A stretch of 62,920 nucleotides of DNA, filler included, from Octopus bimaculoides (lineage: Eukaryota), in the NCBI RefSeq assembly GCF_001194135.2. It is 8 parts of 7 records of this genome, joined end to end, with 100 filler letters (N's around TTAATTAATTAA, not from the genome) between each part and the next. Parts side by side here need not be neighbours in the genome. Positions count along the whole stretch, not along the records: positions 48,953 to 52,881 come from NC_068983.1; positions 52,982 to 57,069 come from NC_068985.1; positions 57,170 to 61,742 come from NC_068987.1; positions 61,843 to 62,920 come from NC_068983.1; 4 more parts are not named here. One strand, given 5' to 3'. Positions 50,842 through 62,164 of the stretch are shown here, piece after piece. The position numbers were made by a program, and so were the translations under genes. Position 1 is the stretch's first letter; every line of letters begins with the position of its first letter. The notes beneath the pieces are model-generated. The model searched no databases, had not been told where the DNA came from, and was given only the letters and a program-made list of their open reading frames with translations.

Positions 50842-53089
50842 CTATAAAACATAATTTTATTTTGAATGATTTCGAAGGAGGATCGGTGGTGTAACAAAAA
50901 ATTCTGCGCCATGTGTTCAAATTTCACCAAGTTCGACTTCGTTTTTCATCCATTCAAGATTCATAAACAAACACCAAATCTAACACTGGGTCGGCTTTTA
51001 TTTTCATCAGGAAAAACTCAGAGTTGGTCCGACCCAGAGAGAAGATGGCTTTAAAATCCTATTGAAAAAATGCTCAAGATACGCCGTGTGTCATGATGTA
51101 GTCATGAGTTGAATGCGCAAGTAGCGTATGGCATATTAGTTGTAGTGTTGGAGCATCCTACTGAGAGTTTGACTTTGAAATCAGTATCTACATTTACGCT
51201 AATTTCAAATTGAATCATACGAGCGTTCGTCTTTATTTTATATCCTGATATATTCAATAAAAACGACGCGCAGATATTGATTAATTCGCCCGAGTTTATT
51301 CCAAGCGAAGTAGAAGCTGTTTAGCTACACATATCATACCGGCAGCATGATCAAGTGAATGCGTTTCTGAGTTAATAACTTTGAAGTGGTGACTCGAATT
51401 TAGTGATTCTGAGAAAGACAAATTAAATCCATCTACCTAAACCCTCAATGATTAAAAGATCGTAGTTTCACCTTAACACAAATGCCTGTAAATCAACTTA
51501 TCAAGACTTTAGGATGATATCTTGAGTCTGTTTAATCCTGCTAAAACCGTTGAGTTGAATCTGTAATGAAATAGATTTAAAACTGTTGATCTGTTTAATT
51601 AATTACAACCGTTCTTATTTCACAAAAGAGGCGAATCGACGAGACAGCCTCTACATTGCGGTTCCTTATGCTAGAAACATCAAGCAATCTCCTTCTAAAA
51701 TATGTCAATCTACTGTCCTATGAATAGAATAAGGATACATTTGACAATGTAGTCTTATGTATACTATGTATGTAGTTCGTTGACGACGGTTAAGGAATCA
51801 GAATGGTTCAGAATATTTACCTACCATTGTACGTTCGAAGTACATTAGCAAAGATTTAATTCTTTTTTTTCGTGCATCTTTGAATAAATTCCATTGCGTA
51901 TATTTTTAATGCAAAATATATTCGTTATATTTATTGAGAACGAATATACTTTGTCATATATCACACTGGAACTAACCGCTGTTTAATCACAAATCCGAAA
52001 AGATTTAATATCCAAAATGGTGCATAAGCATATCATAGACAGGCAGCACGATAACCACCGACCTCTGCATTAAATAGCTGAATAAGATAAGAGGCCTCCG
52101 GAATAAAATCATGTCTTGCAGAATCGTTTAATTAGCTAAAAAATGCCACGTCGTATGTGATTAAACCCATTTATGCTCCGAGTTCATGTCCATCAAAGCC
52201 TCACTTTGCTATCCATTCCTCCTGGGTCAATAAAATAAATATCGGCATTATTATAAACGATTTTAATCTGGTGATTCAGCATAGCTACACTGCAATGAAT
52301 AAAGTCAGTAAAAGGATGAGAGAATAATAAGCTATCTTTAAATATGACTAAAAATATAGATTTTGATACGTTCATTAAATTTAACATTTCACCTTTACAA
52401 GAGAGATAAATCGTTCCGAAAGAAATATTAAAATGGTAAAGGGGTTTCTGAGAGCTACTTCACACACTTAAAAGAAGTCAAACAGAGAAATACCAAAGCT
52501 TAAAAATACTATAATAAAAAAGAAAGTAAAATAAGAACAAACAACTTGAATTATTACAAACAGTATATATAAGTAGGTAATTTAATTGCCGCATAATATT
52601 TTTCAAAAGACTTTTGCTTTTCTTTGAGGGAACTTAATATAGACTTTGATTTCGACAAAGCTACACTAATGATAAATAATTTTAGTTTGATAATTTTAGT
52701 TTGATAAGTGTATTACATCTTTAATTAACGCTTCAAAAAGAAACTTCAAAAGTTTTTTTGTCAGAATCATTTACATACGATTCTATTTCGGATCTTCTCT
52801 CTTCCTCTGAAAACAAAAACAAGAAACTCAAGGTGTAAGTACGTACGCGCTTGTGTACGTTTGTATATTCATGTATATATANNNNNNNNNNNNNNNNNNN
52901 NNNNNNNNNNNNNNNNNNNNNNNNNTTAATTAATTAANNNNNNNNNNNNNNNNNNNNNNNNNNNNNNNNNNNNNNNNNNNNCTATGCGTCCGTTTGGGGT
53001 ATTCGGGCCCGGAATTTTGGGGGTTATATAACTTTTGAACGCACCGAGAAGCTGTCAGTAGATATTCTCTCTTTTCCAGCAGTCGGCGC

Positions 53090-53520
53090 TGTGTCTAACT
53101 TGACCCATCATCTGAAATGTTGACACCTCCTTCGGGTTTGTTGTCCTACCTCACTGATAAAGTAAATTTGCAGGAACTGTAGTTTTTCATTTGTGGGTAA
53201 CAGTGAACCAATGAGTTGATAGACTTGCCCTTGAACTTTGACGTCGTCGTAAATTCATGTTTATCTATCTGCTTAGATGAAGCAAACGATGTCATTTGAA
53301 AGTTGTATTGTCTGATGTTGTTCAGAAAATCCTTTCACTGGATGGATGTGCCTTCTAGAAGATCCATAAGACGTTGACAAGGCGCTGGTAGTGCTGGCAA
53401 TATTACCTGACTGTCTGAGCAGCACATACCATTTGTTTCATTTGAAAATTTTAAAGCTCTATAGAAAAGACAATTTGTGTTTAGTACACTAGTTTGGACA
53501 GAGTTATTATTTTTATAAGA
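53090..53520 (-). mobile_element. Second Helitron Rep N-terminal fragment
   Basis: CLFYRALKFSNETNGMCCSDSQVILPAL...DFLNNIRQYNFQMTSF...KVQGQVYQLIGSLLP...FLQIYF. Confidence 0.88.
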
Positions 53521-54647
53521 ATGGGATGAATCATATCTCAAAAACAGCTTCAGGAGTTGTGAAGAACGAAATTTTACGTAATCTGTTTCTAAGAGCTATT
53601 CTATTGGACATTTGTCTAATCATTGAAACATTAATTTAATGATCCAGCATTAAGTGCAGCAACATGTATTTGCTGATCTTGAGAAAAATCCCATCTAGCT
53701 TCTCTCTTCAGACTCTCGCCTATCTTCTTTGGAGCCATATTTTTCCCAATATTGTAAACAAAAAATTATGAAAATAGAAGGAAATTATACGTTAATCCCT
53801 ATTTTTGTAAGCAGTTGTATCCGTAATTTTTTTTTTTAAGAGAGCAGAAATTGAAAGAAGAGAAAGCGAAAGGAACAGAGAACGAGAGTGAAAGATGTAT
53901 GTACGTTTATATGAAATGGACGTGTGTGTGTGTGCGTGCGTGCTTGTGCGTGTGTATGTGAGAGAGAAAGAAGATGAGAAAGAGAGATAGAGTGAGTGAG
54001 TGAATGTGGGTGTCGTGATGATTGATGTCTTTTAAGGTACACTCACATACAAAATGTGACGTCATTGTATAAAACTTCTACGATAGTTGATTTATGGTCA
54101 AGATTATGTTAAATTTTTGAAATGCAAATATGTGAATGGAAATTAAGTCTAGTTTGTAGCCAAAATAGTACTGAATCTTTTGACACCCCATACGTTAAAA
54201 TCTGCAACTCGGTTTTGGAAAGGATAAGTAATATATGATATATAGGACAGTATCTCACATAACAATGCAGACGTAATACTCAAATAGTGCAAGAGATAAC
54301 AGATAGCTCTAGGCTCGCATTAGGGAAGAAGTTGAAAATATTTTTGGCCCATGACACTGCATAGGCCTTAACTTTTATATTTGACGCCTGTTTCTTTAAG
54401 TATTTTATTTATATCATATTATATATNNNNNNNNNNNNNNNNNNNNNNNNNNNNNNNNNNNNNNNNNNNNNNNNNNNNNNNNNNNNNNNNNNNNNNNNNN
54501 NNNNNNNNNNNNNNNNNNNNNNNNNNNNNNNNNNNNNNNNNNNNNNNNNNNNNNNNNNNNNNNNNNNNNNNNNNNNNNNNNNNNNNNNNNNNNNNNNNNN
54601 NNNNNNNNNNNNNNNNNNNNNTATATATATATATATATATGTAACAA

Positions 54648-54750
54648 TGGGGGAGACCACTACATGGTAGCTAGATCTGGTAGGAATAGCAGCCAAATCT
54701 CCCTCAAAACACTCTACTGTCTTAATACGACAATTCTGCCTATTATGTAG
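54648..54750 (+). repeat. Dispersed repeat with aatagcagccaaatctccctcaaa core
   Basis: Related copies near 21330, 51670 (plus) and 6710, 8800, 62165 (minus). Confidence 0.55.
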
Positions 54751-54869
54751 TTTGAATGAGAAACTGTAACTAAAGATTAATATTATTAACTCCACAGAGA
54801 GAGAAAAGAAGAGAAACAGCATAGCGATGGTTTTGGCTTACTGTCACCCTGTAGTCCCCTTGCAGCTAG

Positions 54870-55113
54870 CGAAATGCTATGTGCCGGATATCTGAGCAAC
54901 GGGTTGTTTTAATTGCGGAAGAAACAGGACATGAAGATTACAAAAATAGCGATTCTCACATTGAAACTAAAACTTTTGAAACTCCTTTTAGAGTACAGAA
55001 CGCCCCACTCTCTCATGTATCCATGATAAAATTTTCAGCGCAATCGGATGAAAAATACTCGAGTTATAAGCGCACAAACAGACAGACAGAAAGGATTTCA
55101 TATATTAAGAAGA
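54870..55113 (-). mobile_element. Non-autonomous Helitron-type 5' portion
   Basis: Minus strand starts A|TCTTCTTAATATATGAAATCCTTTCTGTCTGTCTGTTTG, followed by ...ATCCGATTGCGCTGAAAATTTT, a layout typical of Helitron/DINE-like elements. Confidence 0.5.
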
Positions 55114-55146
55114 TATATGGACGGGAGATTCCATCATATATATCAG

Positions 55147-55220
<74 letters not shown>

Positions 55221-55280
55221 TGTGTGTGCGTGTGCGCGTGTGTGTTTGTGTGTGTGAGCGTGTGTGTGTGTGTGTGTGTA

Positions 55281-56090
55281 CGGGTGCGGTGACTAAACTC
55301 TCCTCTAAATTAAGCAAAAATGAAAATAACTTGAAATACTGAAGAGTAAATTTATTCAATAAAATTGCTATAAGCTTCAACCATGGCCTCCAATGGAGTT
55401 CAGAATGTCTTGCAACTCTTCTGGAATGTCTCCTTGTTTAAGTTGGTGAATGCTGTCTTAATAATTGCCTTCAGTTTAACTTTGGTGTTAAAAGGAGTTT
55501 TGTTAGGTCTTTCGCTAAACTGCGGCCCACACATAATAATCAAGAGGGTTGCAGTCTGGGGAATAAGGTGGGCAGATGTCAGGGGTGATGTGGTCACAGC
55601 CATAACTGAGTTGTCTTGCTTGTATAGCATGGTGTAGAGTCCTGTTGCTAGATATAGGGTCTTCTACCAGCCACCCTCTTGATCCCCAGCAGCACTACCT
55701 CCTCCAGACACTTGATGTAGGCCTCCGTGTTGAGTCTGAAGTCGTGTGGGAAGAGGAATGGAGGCATAACGTCGCTGTCACTAGTGAGCACTCCAAACAC
55801 CATTGGTGTTCACTGGATGTTTGATTTCTATCATTCTCGGTACATTTCCTTAGATTGAACTGTCCACAGTTGACACTCAAACAGTCTGAAATGTTCGTAT
55901 TGGAGATTCCAGTTCGAATGCCAAACAGTACAGCATGTCGGTTCCAAATATCTGGTATAGTGAACCGCGTCATGGTGCTACTTTTCTCACAGACGGTACC
56001 CATCAGATCCTGTGTAGTCAACGAAATCAAAGACAAACAATGCGCGAAATTAAAAATATAAAACGGCAACAATTTACCCATCACATTCGG
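55281..56090 (-). mobile_element. maT/DD37D-like element, internally deleted
   Basis: ATG 55973 MTRFTIPDIWNRHAVLFGIR...; MVFGVLTSDSDVMPPFLFP...QQDSTPCYTS...NKTPFNTK...NFIE* (stop 55352); TA on both sides; degenerate TIRs. Confidence 0.9.
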
Positions 56091-56542
56091 TATATATTTG
56101 TATGTATATATATATGTAATAATAATAAAGGAGTTACGACGCAAAAACGTATATACTCAAATGAAGGATCGATTCTTGAAGAGTCTACATACATTCACTG
56201 TCGTTTTTTTCTGCTACTTTGGTGATGATTTTTTGAGTTAGCTTACCAATTATTTTTGTTGGTTGTTAATTTATAATATATTGATATATATATGTATATA
56301 TATATGTAATAATAATAAAGGAGTTACGACGCAAAAACGTATATACTCAAATGAAGGATCGATTCTTGAAGAGTCTACATACATTCACTGTCGTTTTNNN
56401 NNNNNNNNNNNNNNNNNNNNNNNNNNNNNNNNNNNNNNNNNNNNNNNNNNNNNNNNATATATATATATATATATATATAATTTTTTTTACAGAATGAGAT
56501 AAAAATCCAAGGCTGTGAAGACAGAACTTTTATAGACAGAAG

Positions 56543-56590
56543 GTCTTACAGCTGTTTCCGGGATATTTCTTATATCCCTTCATCGCAGAC
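56543..56590 (-). ncRNA. Minimal type I hammerhead-like motif
   Basis: GTCT-GCGATGA-A-GGGATAT-aagaa-ATATCCC-G-GAA-ACAGCTGT-A-AGAC; palindromic stem III; core positions 3-4 deviate from CU. Confidence 0.55.
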
Positions 56591-56730
56591 GGTGTGAGAA
56601 AATGGTTAAGAAATAGTTAATTTAGATAACATATAAAATAGAGAGTGAAATGGAGGAATGAAAATAGATGTGAGAAATATAGGGATTTTACATTTGTAGA
56701 TCCATTATTTAGGCAGAATGGTATACAAAT

Positions 56731-56922
56731 AAGATTCCAATACCTTGGTAGTAAATTCCAATAGTATTTAAAATTGGTCATTCCAAGTATAGAGATTATA
56801 CACAGTGCTATTGAATCACTTTAAATAAAACCCTCGATTCAATAGCACTGTGTATAATCTCTATACTTGGAATGACCAATTCTAAATACTATTGGAATTT
56901 ACTTACAAGGTATTGGAATCTT
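56731..56922. repeat. 87-bp inverted repeat, 3 mismatches, 18-nt spacer
   Basis: Arms 56731-56817 and 56836-56922. Confidence 0.95.
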
Positions 56923-57575
56923 ACCAACCACATGGTTCCAGGTTCAGTCCCACTGCGTGGCACTTTGGGCAAGTGTCTTCTACTATAGCCTCAGGCCGAC
57001 CAAAGCCTTGTGAGTGGATTTGGTAGACGGAAACTGAAAGAAGCCCGTCGTATATATATATATATATATNNNNNNNNNNNNNNNNNNNNNNNNNNNNNNN
57101 NNNNNNNNNNNNNTTAATTAATTAANNNNNNNNNNNNNNNNNNNNNNNNNNNNNNNNNNNNNNNNNNNNTATATATATATATATATATGCATGAGTACAT
57201 TTGTGCCTATGTTTGTTCCCTACCACCACTTGACAACCGGTTTTGGTTTGTTTACATTTCCGTAATTTAGCAGTTAAGTATAAGTGATGATAGAATAAGC
57301 ACCAGGCTTAAAAAAAGAAAAAGTACTGAGGTCGATTCATTCGACTAAAAATTTTTCAAAGCAGTTCTCCAACAGATTACAGGTAAGTTCACTGCAAGGA
57401 AAGTTTACTGAGGAAATATATCCATCGTATCTCACCATTAATAGTTTTAAACTATTTTTTTTAAAGACAAACTGTGAATTGATGATGGTGAACTTTTTCT
57501 GCGATGAATTGATGACGGTGAACTTACCGGACATTGCCTCAGCATGGCCGCAGTCTAACGACTGAAACAAGTAAA
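56923..57575 (+). mobile_element. SINE family 1 copy (5'-clipped, spans a gap, carries an insertion)
   Basis: accaaccacatggttccaggttcagtccc... to ...cagcatggccgcagtctaacgactgaaacaagtaaaa. Confidence 0.85.
57380..57530. mobile_element. About 150-bp MITE-like insertion with 15-bp TIRs
   Basis: caggtaagttcactg / cggtgaacttaccgg; interrupts the SINE between ctcca and cagcatgg. Confidence 0.55.
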
Positions 57576-58844
57576 ATATAAAAAGATATGTAGTTTTTTT
57601 TTTTTCTATTTTATTAAAATTGACGCTTAGAGTTAGTCATGCGACTCGAGTTTCACAACATTACGGTTTTCGTGGCGTGAAATCCAAGTCACGAGGCATG
57701 TCATCAGCTTCAATTTTAATAAAAAAAAAAAACAATCTTATCCTGTACAATATGTATTGAGCACACTTTTTTGAGCATTTTTTCTACATCAAACAACGTA
57801 CAGTTGTCGTTGTGTTGATATGATGATGATGTTCTTCGTCATCATCATCATCATCATCACCATGATGATGATGATGATGATGATGATCATCATCATCATC
57901 ATCATCATCACCAACAACAGCAACAACAACAACAACATCACTAGCAGTACTAACTGTAGTAGCCGTAGCAACTTTCCTATTGTGGTTGATTTAGTTCACT
58001 TTGATGACACGGAAACTTTCCCATCTCTTCTATTATTATGAAAAAATATCTGCTGAAAATCAGCCACTAACAGAGTCATTTTATATCGTTTGTTTCTCTT
58101 GTTTTCTTTTTTCTTTATTTTACAACTGTGATATTTTTTGGACGACTTTAACAAATTTAGCTAAGTATTCAATTTTAAAACTTCTAAATTAGAACACACC
58201 GTTTAGATAAAAATGCCTTTCGGTAAAAAATAATATAATCATATTATATAATCATATTATTATTATGACCTTAATGTAAAAACTCTTAGTGTAGCGACGA
58301 TATTTCTGTCCGTAAAATATCCGCAAATATTTTTATTAAATGAATTTAGGAAAAGAAAAACTCCTCCTCTGCTGTCTTTTTATTTGATTTATTATTTTTT
58401 TTTCTGTTTTATGTTATCACCGACTTTTATACTTTAGGGAAGATTCGCTTATTTAATTAGATTTATATTTTTAAATCACATACTTCACAAATCTCGATTG
58501 AAAAGCTTCGTTAGTAAAAAGAAAAACTATATCACCTTTGCTGACAAAATGTATTTGAGGTCGTCTCTTGATGATTGACTGGATTGTCTTTTAATAGCTT
58601 TTATTATTTGTGTTTCGTTGAAAGATGAAAAAGTTATTTATGTTTTTTTTTTTATGTCTCTAACTTTTCGAATAACTGTCGGAAATAATCTTTTCAACTT
58701 GACTTTCTAATTTTTATTCTTGCTTGCAGCAGTAGTCGTAAACAAGTCACATCTTTTGTAAAAAAATAAATAAAAAGAAACAAGTCTACTATATATTTCA
58801 TATTTCATACATAAAAAAGATAATGTTGTTATAAATTTACTTAC

Positions 58845-58916
58845 CGAATGACACAGAAGTAGTGACATCACGGTCATGTAGAATTCGACGAGTTGCAAAG
58901 TTAGTATTCTTTCCAT
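58845..58916 (-). CDS. Candidate first coding exon, signal-peptide-like (MERILTLQLVEFYMTVMSLLLCHS)
   Basis: Strong Kozak context GGCCATGG, perfect donor TCG|gtaagt, acceptor tctctttatag|C at 58946 giving a 102-nt exon whose 5' part has stops in all frames (UTR-like). Confidence 0.5.
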
Positions 58917-59236
58917 GGCCAAGATACTTTAACTCATTTCATTTTGCTATAAAGAGATATACGAGCGTTACTGTGAATTGCGAGACTTGTAAAATGAGCA
59001 AATATTTCCTTCTTGTTTACATAAACTTAGTAAATCTCTCATCACTACTTTGACAATTACTTATATGATAAAATTAATTTGACTTGTTACTCATGCAGAT
59101 AGCGTCCTTAAATATTTTCTACCAGTAGTTTATTCCTTAAAACATTCTAGCTTTCACACTTCCACATTCATATATAATAGTTTACATTTAATTACTGTCC
59201 TTTCATCACAACTTACTCGAGTAGGTGAAGTCTCTA

Positions 59237-59276
59237 CTTCGCTGAAGAGGACTAATAATACCGAAACATTTCAGAG
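59237..59276 (+). ncRNA. Hammerhead-like motif with intact core and weak helices
   Basis: CTTCG-CTGAAGA-GG-actaataata-CC-GAA-ACATTT-C-AGAG. Confidence 0.4.
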
Positions 59277-60899
59277 TTGTTCCTCTTTTCACCGTAATAT
59301 TTAAAATAATAGCGGTCGCTGATTAATATTGTCTTTTCCTCACTATATAAGTATATCTAATTAGTTTCTATATGTTCATTTCATTAATGTAGAAACACTG
59401 ACTTTATTGTTTCCAAAGAGATAGCACTTCTCTTCAAAATGTGTTTTCTGTTCCTTTGTTTCAAGTTTTCTATTTTCGACAACTTGAAAGTACTCCTTGC
59501 TGCAAGACTCTGGAAAAAGCAGAAACACTTTGTTTCTCTGCAGCGATTTCAAGGAAACAAAGTAAAAGAAGGCGAAATCAACCTAATTAGATGCTAATTA
59601 TCAAGGAATGTAATGCACATTAAACATATTTGTCGACTAAGTGCCAACAGAATATAGTAAGCACAAAATATCAATTAAAATTTTCCTACATTGAGATGAA
59701 AACAGAAGCACAGTATGCAATGTTAGTCTTTGATCTAATGCTTTCCATCTTTGCTTTGCATACATATCTCTAATTTTAATTAATTAAAATTTTGAAAACA
59801 TCTCTTTCCGTCGACAATATTTTATCAACAGTAGTCACTGAGCCTATGGTTCTCTCTTTTCACTGTAAAGGTAATTTTAGTTGAAATTATTTTATTCACT
59901 TCCTTGACTATGTCAATATTAACTCAATGTTGTTTAAAGTGGATGGCGACTCTAGGTAATTTCTCTTACTGTGTTGACACAATACCACGTGTTGTATATC
60001 TCTAGAGTTACCTATTGATTCTCACTATATCAGCGAGGATTGGAAAACTGAATGCTTCTCTGGTGAGAATATCAAACCATATCTTAGGTTTCCACTGTAC
60101 TGGGCAAATAGGAGATTAAATTGGTGTTAATCCGCGAGCTAACGTGTTCATCTTCTCATTTCATGCGTATTTCTAATTTTCTTAATTTAATTAACATTTT
60201 GAAGTTATTGCTTTTTGCTTGACTAGATTTGGTTATCATTAGTCATTGAGATTATACTTACCTTTCATCACTGTAAAGAAAAACTCAATTAATTGAGATT
60301 GTTTTGCTCCCCTTAAATATGGTAGCACTCACTCAAGATAATTAGGTATCTTACCGGTATATGTTATTTATGAACACAAAATAACAAAAAATTCTTCAGG
60401 AAAGGAATTTAAATTCATGTTTCTTTCGTGAGGAAAGTGAAAGATGGAAAAGGTAAAATGCCAAGTTAATTACCTTTACGCTCTGACTTCAAATCCTGAT
60501 CGAAACAAATTTGCCTTTCGTTCAGGATCGACAAAATACGTAACACAGTTGAATTTCGGCGATAACATTCCTCGACAAATTAGGAGAACAAGCAATATGT
60601 CAATACGTCTCTTGTAGAACAAGGAACGTATTAACATATTCCTGTATATGCTTATAAATGCCCATAACTAAATGTTGGAACACCAATCAAAGAATCAGTG
60701 GTTCGCATTTTGTCATTGTTATTGGCAACATACTGCATCGACATATAGTATGCTTACTTGTCTAATGACTTTGTTTACCAAGTGATAATATATATTAAGC
60801 AGGTACAACAGCATTATAAGCAGTACATGCATGGTAACATTTGATGAGGGTTTTGTCTCCTCTTAGTGCTAAGATAATTATTATTTCTATGACGCTTTT

Positions 60900-61210
60900 G
60901 CTCTAATAGATGTTATACCGAAACTATACAAAAAAATCGAGCCATTTCCATTGATCAAAGGTCCTTTGGGTCATTCCCTCTGCTTCAATTTCCTAACATC
61001 CTCCTTAGAATCCTTGTTGTACCTAACAAGGTGGTTTTCTGCAACAGCCCTGTCCTGATGGTAATTCCTAGCTTCTCAAGCCATGCAGCCAACCTTTTAC
61101 TAACTGCTCCCAGTGCGCTAACCACGATCGGTACTACTTCTAAGTGCTTGATCTCCACAGTTTCCTGATTTCCCTCTTCAGGTCCTGACATTTCTCAATT
61201 TTCTTTCTTA
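60900..61210 (-). mobile_element. 5'-truncated R4/Dong-like (RLE) non-LTR element 3' end in a (TAA)n tract
   Basis: KKIEKCQDLKREI-RKLW, then VVPIVVSALGAVSK...LLQKTTLLGTTRILRRML*, typical of the restriction-like endonuclease tail. Confidence 0.8.
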
Positions 61211-61225
61211 TTATTGTTATTGTTA

Positions 61226-61269
<44 letters not shown>
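61211..61269. repeat. (ATT)n microsatellite between two divergent LINE fragments
   Basis: Direct reading. Confidence 0.95.
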
Positions 61270-61742
61270 GGGGCGTCCCGCGCGATCTGGGATGTGGAAG
61301 GAGCGTGTCTGCCTATGCCGACGACGTCACCGTGATGGTGTCGAGCCACAGGCATATTGACCTGATTGGCGAGACACTAAACGAGTATGAAGCGGTGACA
61401 GGTGCGAAAATTAACGCCGAAAAGTCAGTGGGCTTGCAACTAGGCACCTGGAGGGGCATGTCCATGCCGTCCAACAGCGTCGTAGGGTGTTGGACAGACG
61501 GACCCGTTAAACTGCTCGGGGTCTGGTTCGGTTCGGACCTCCAGTTGGAGAAAAACTGGGAAGAAGTGACGAACAGGGTGGCCAACCTCACCCAGAAATG
61601 GGCTGAGAGGAAGCTCTCCTTGAAAGGTCGAGCGGAGGTGGCGAATGCGTACATCGCATCCGTCATCTATTACCGTTTGACCGTCGTCCCTTGTCCCGAC
61701 CGCTGGTTAACCAAGATAGTACGCTTGCTCTTCAACTTTTTG
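61270..61742 (+). mobile_element. Tx1/L1-clade reverse transcriptase fragment, open frame, runs into a gap
   Basis: VSAYADDVTVMV...YEAVTGAKINAEKS...VKLLGVWF...RKLSLKGRAEVANAYIASVIYY; GC-rich, no stops. Confidence 0.93.
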
Positions 61743-61842
61743 NNNNNNNNNNNNNNNNNNNNNNNNNNNNNNNNNNNNNNNNNNNNTTAATTAATTAANN
61801 NNNNNNNNNNNNNNNNNNNNNNNNNNNNNNNNNNNNNNNNNN

Positions 61843-61876
<34 letters not shown>

Positions 61877-61956
61877 CTGTGAAACTTAATTTAATTCTAG
61901 CTTTTAATAAATTGAATTTAATTGAGTTTTTACCTGTAAATTTGTATTTTTATCCC

Positions 61957-61996
<40 letters not shown>

Positions 61997-62125
61997 TAAC
62001 CACTAACAAGAAAACTCTATTGTGTATATTAATGCTGTTTATCTCCAGAACAGACTTATAATCAAACATGTTCCAGTCATGATCATCCTGACATTTCTAT
62101 TTCAGATATAATGTAAGAATTAGAT

Positions 62126-62164
62126 CACCCAGTGTGTTCTCTTTTGAAGAGAACACACTGGGTG
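62126..62164. repeat. Perfect 18-bp hairpin with 3-nt loop
   Basis: cacccagtgtgttctctt-ttg-aagagaacacactgggtg. Confidence 0.9.

Noticed and set aside
56099-56397. Identical 109-bp tandem duplication, period 190
   Set aside because: Exact copy ending at a gap edge; probably a contig-end artefact, unverifiable without reads.
57609-57724. Decayed 115-bp palindrome (attaaaattga...tcaattttaat)
   Set aside because: Probably an old MITE, but the arms are mostly AT-rich and heavily diverged.
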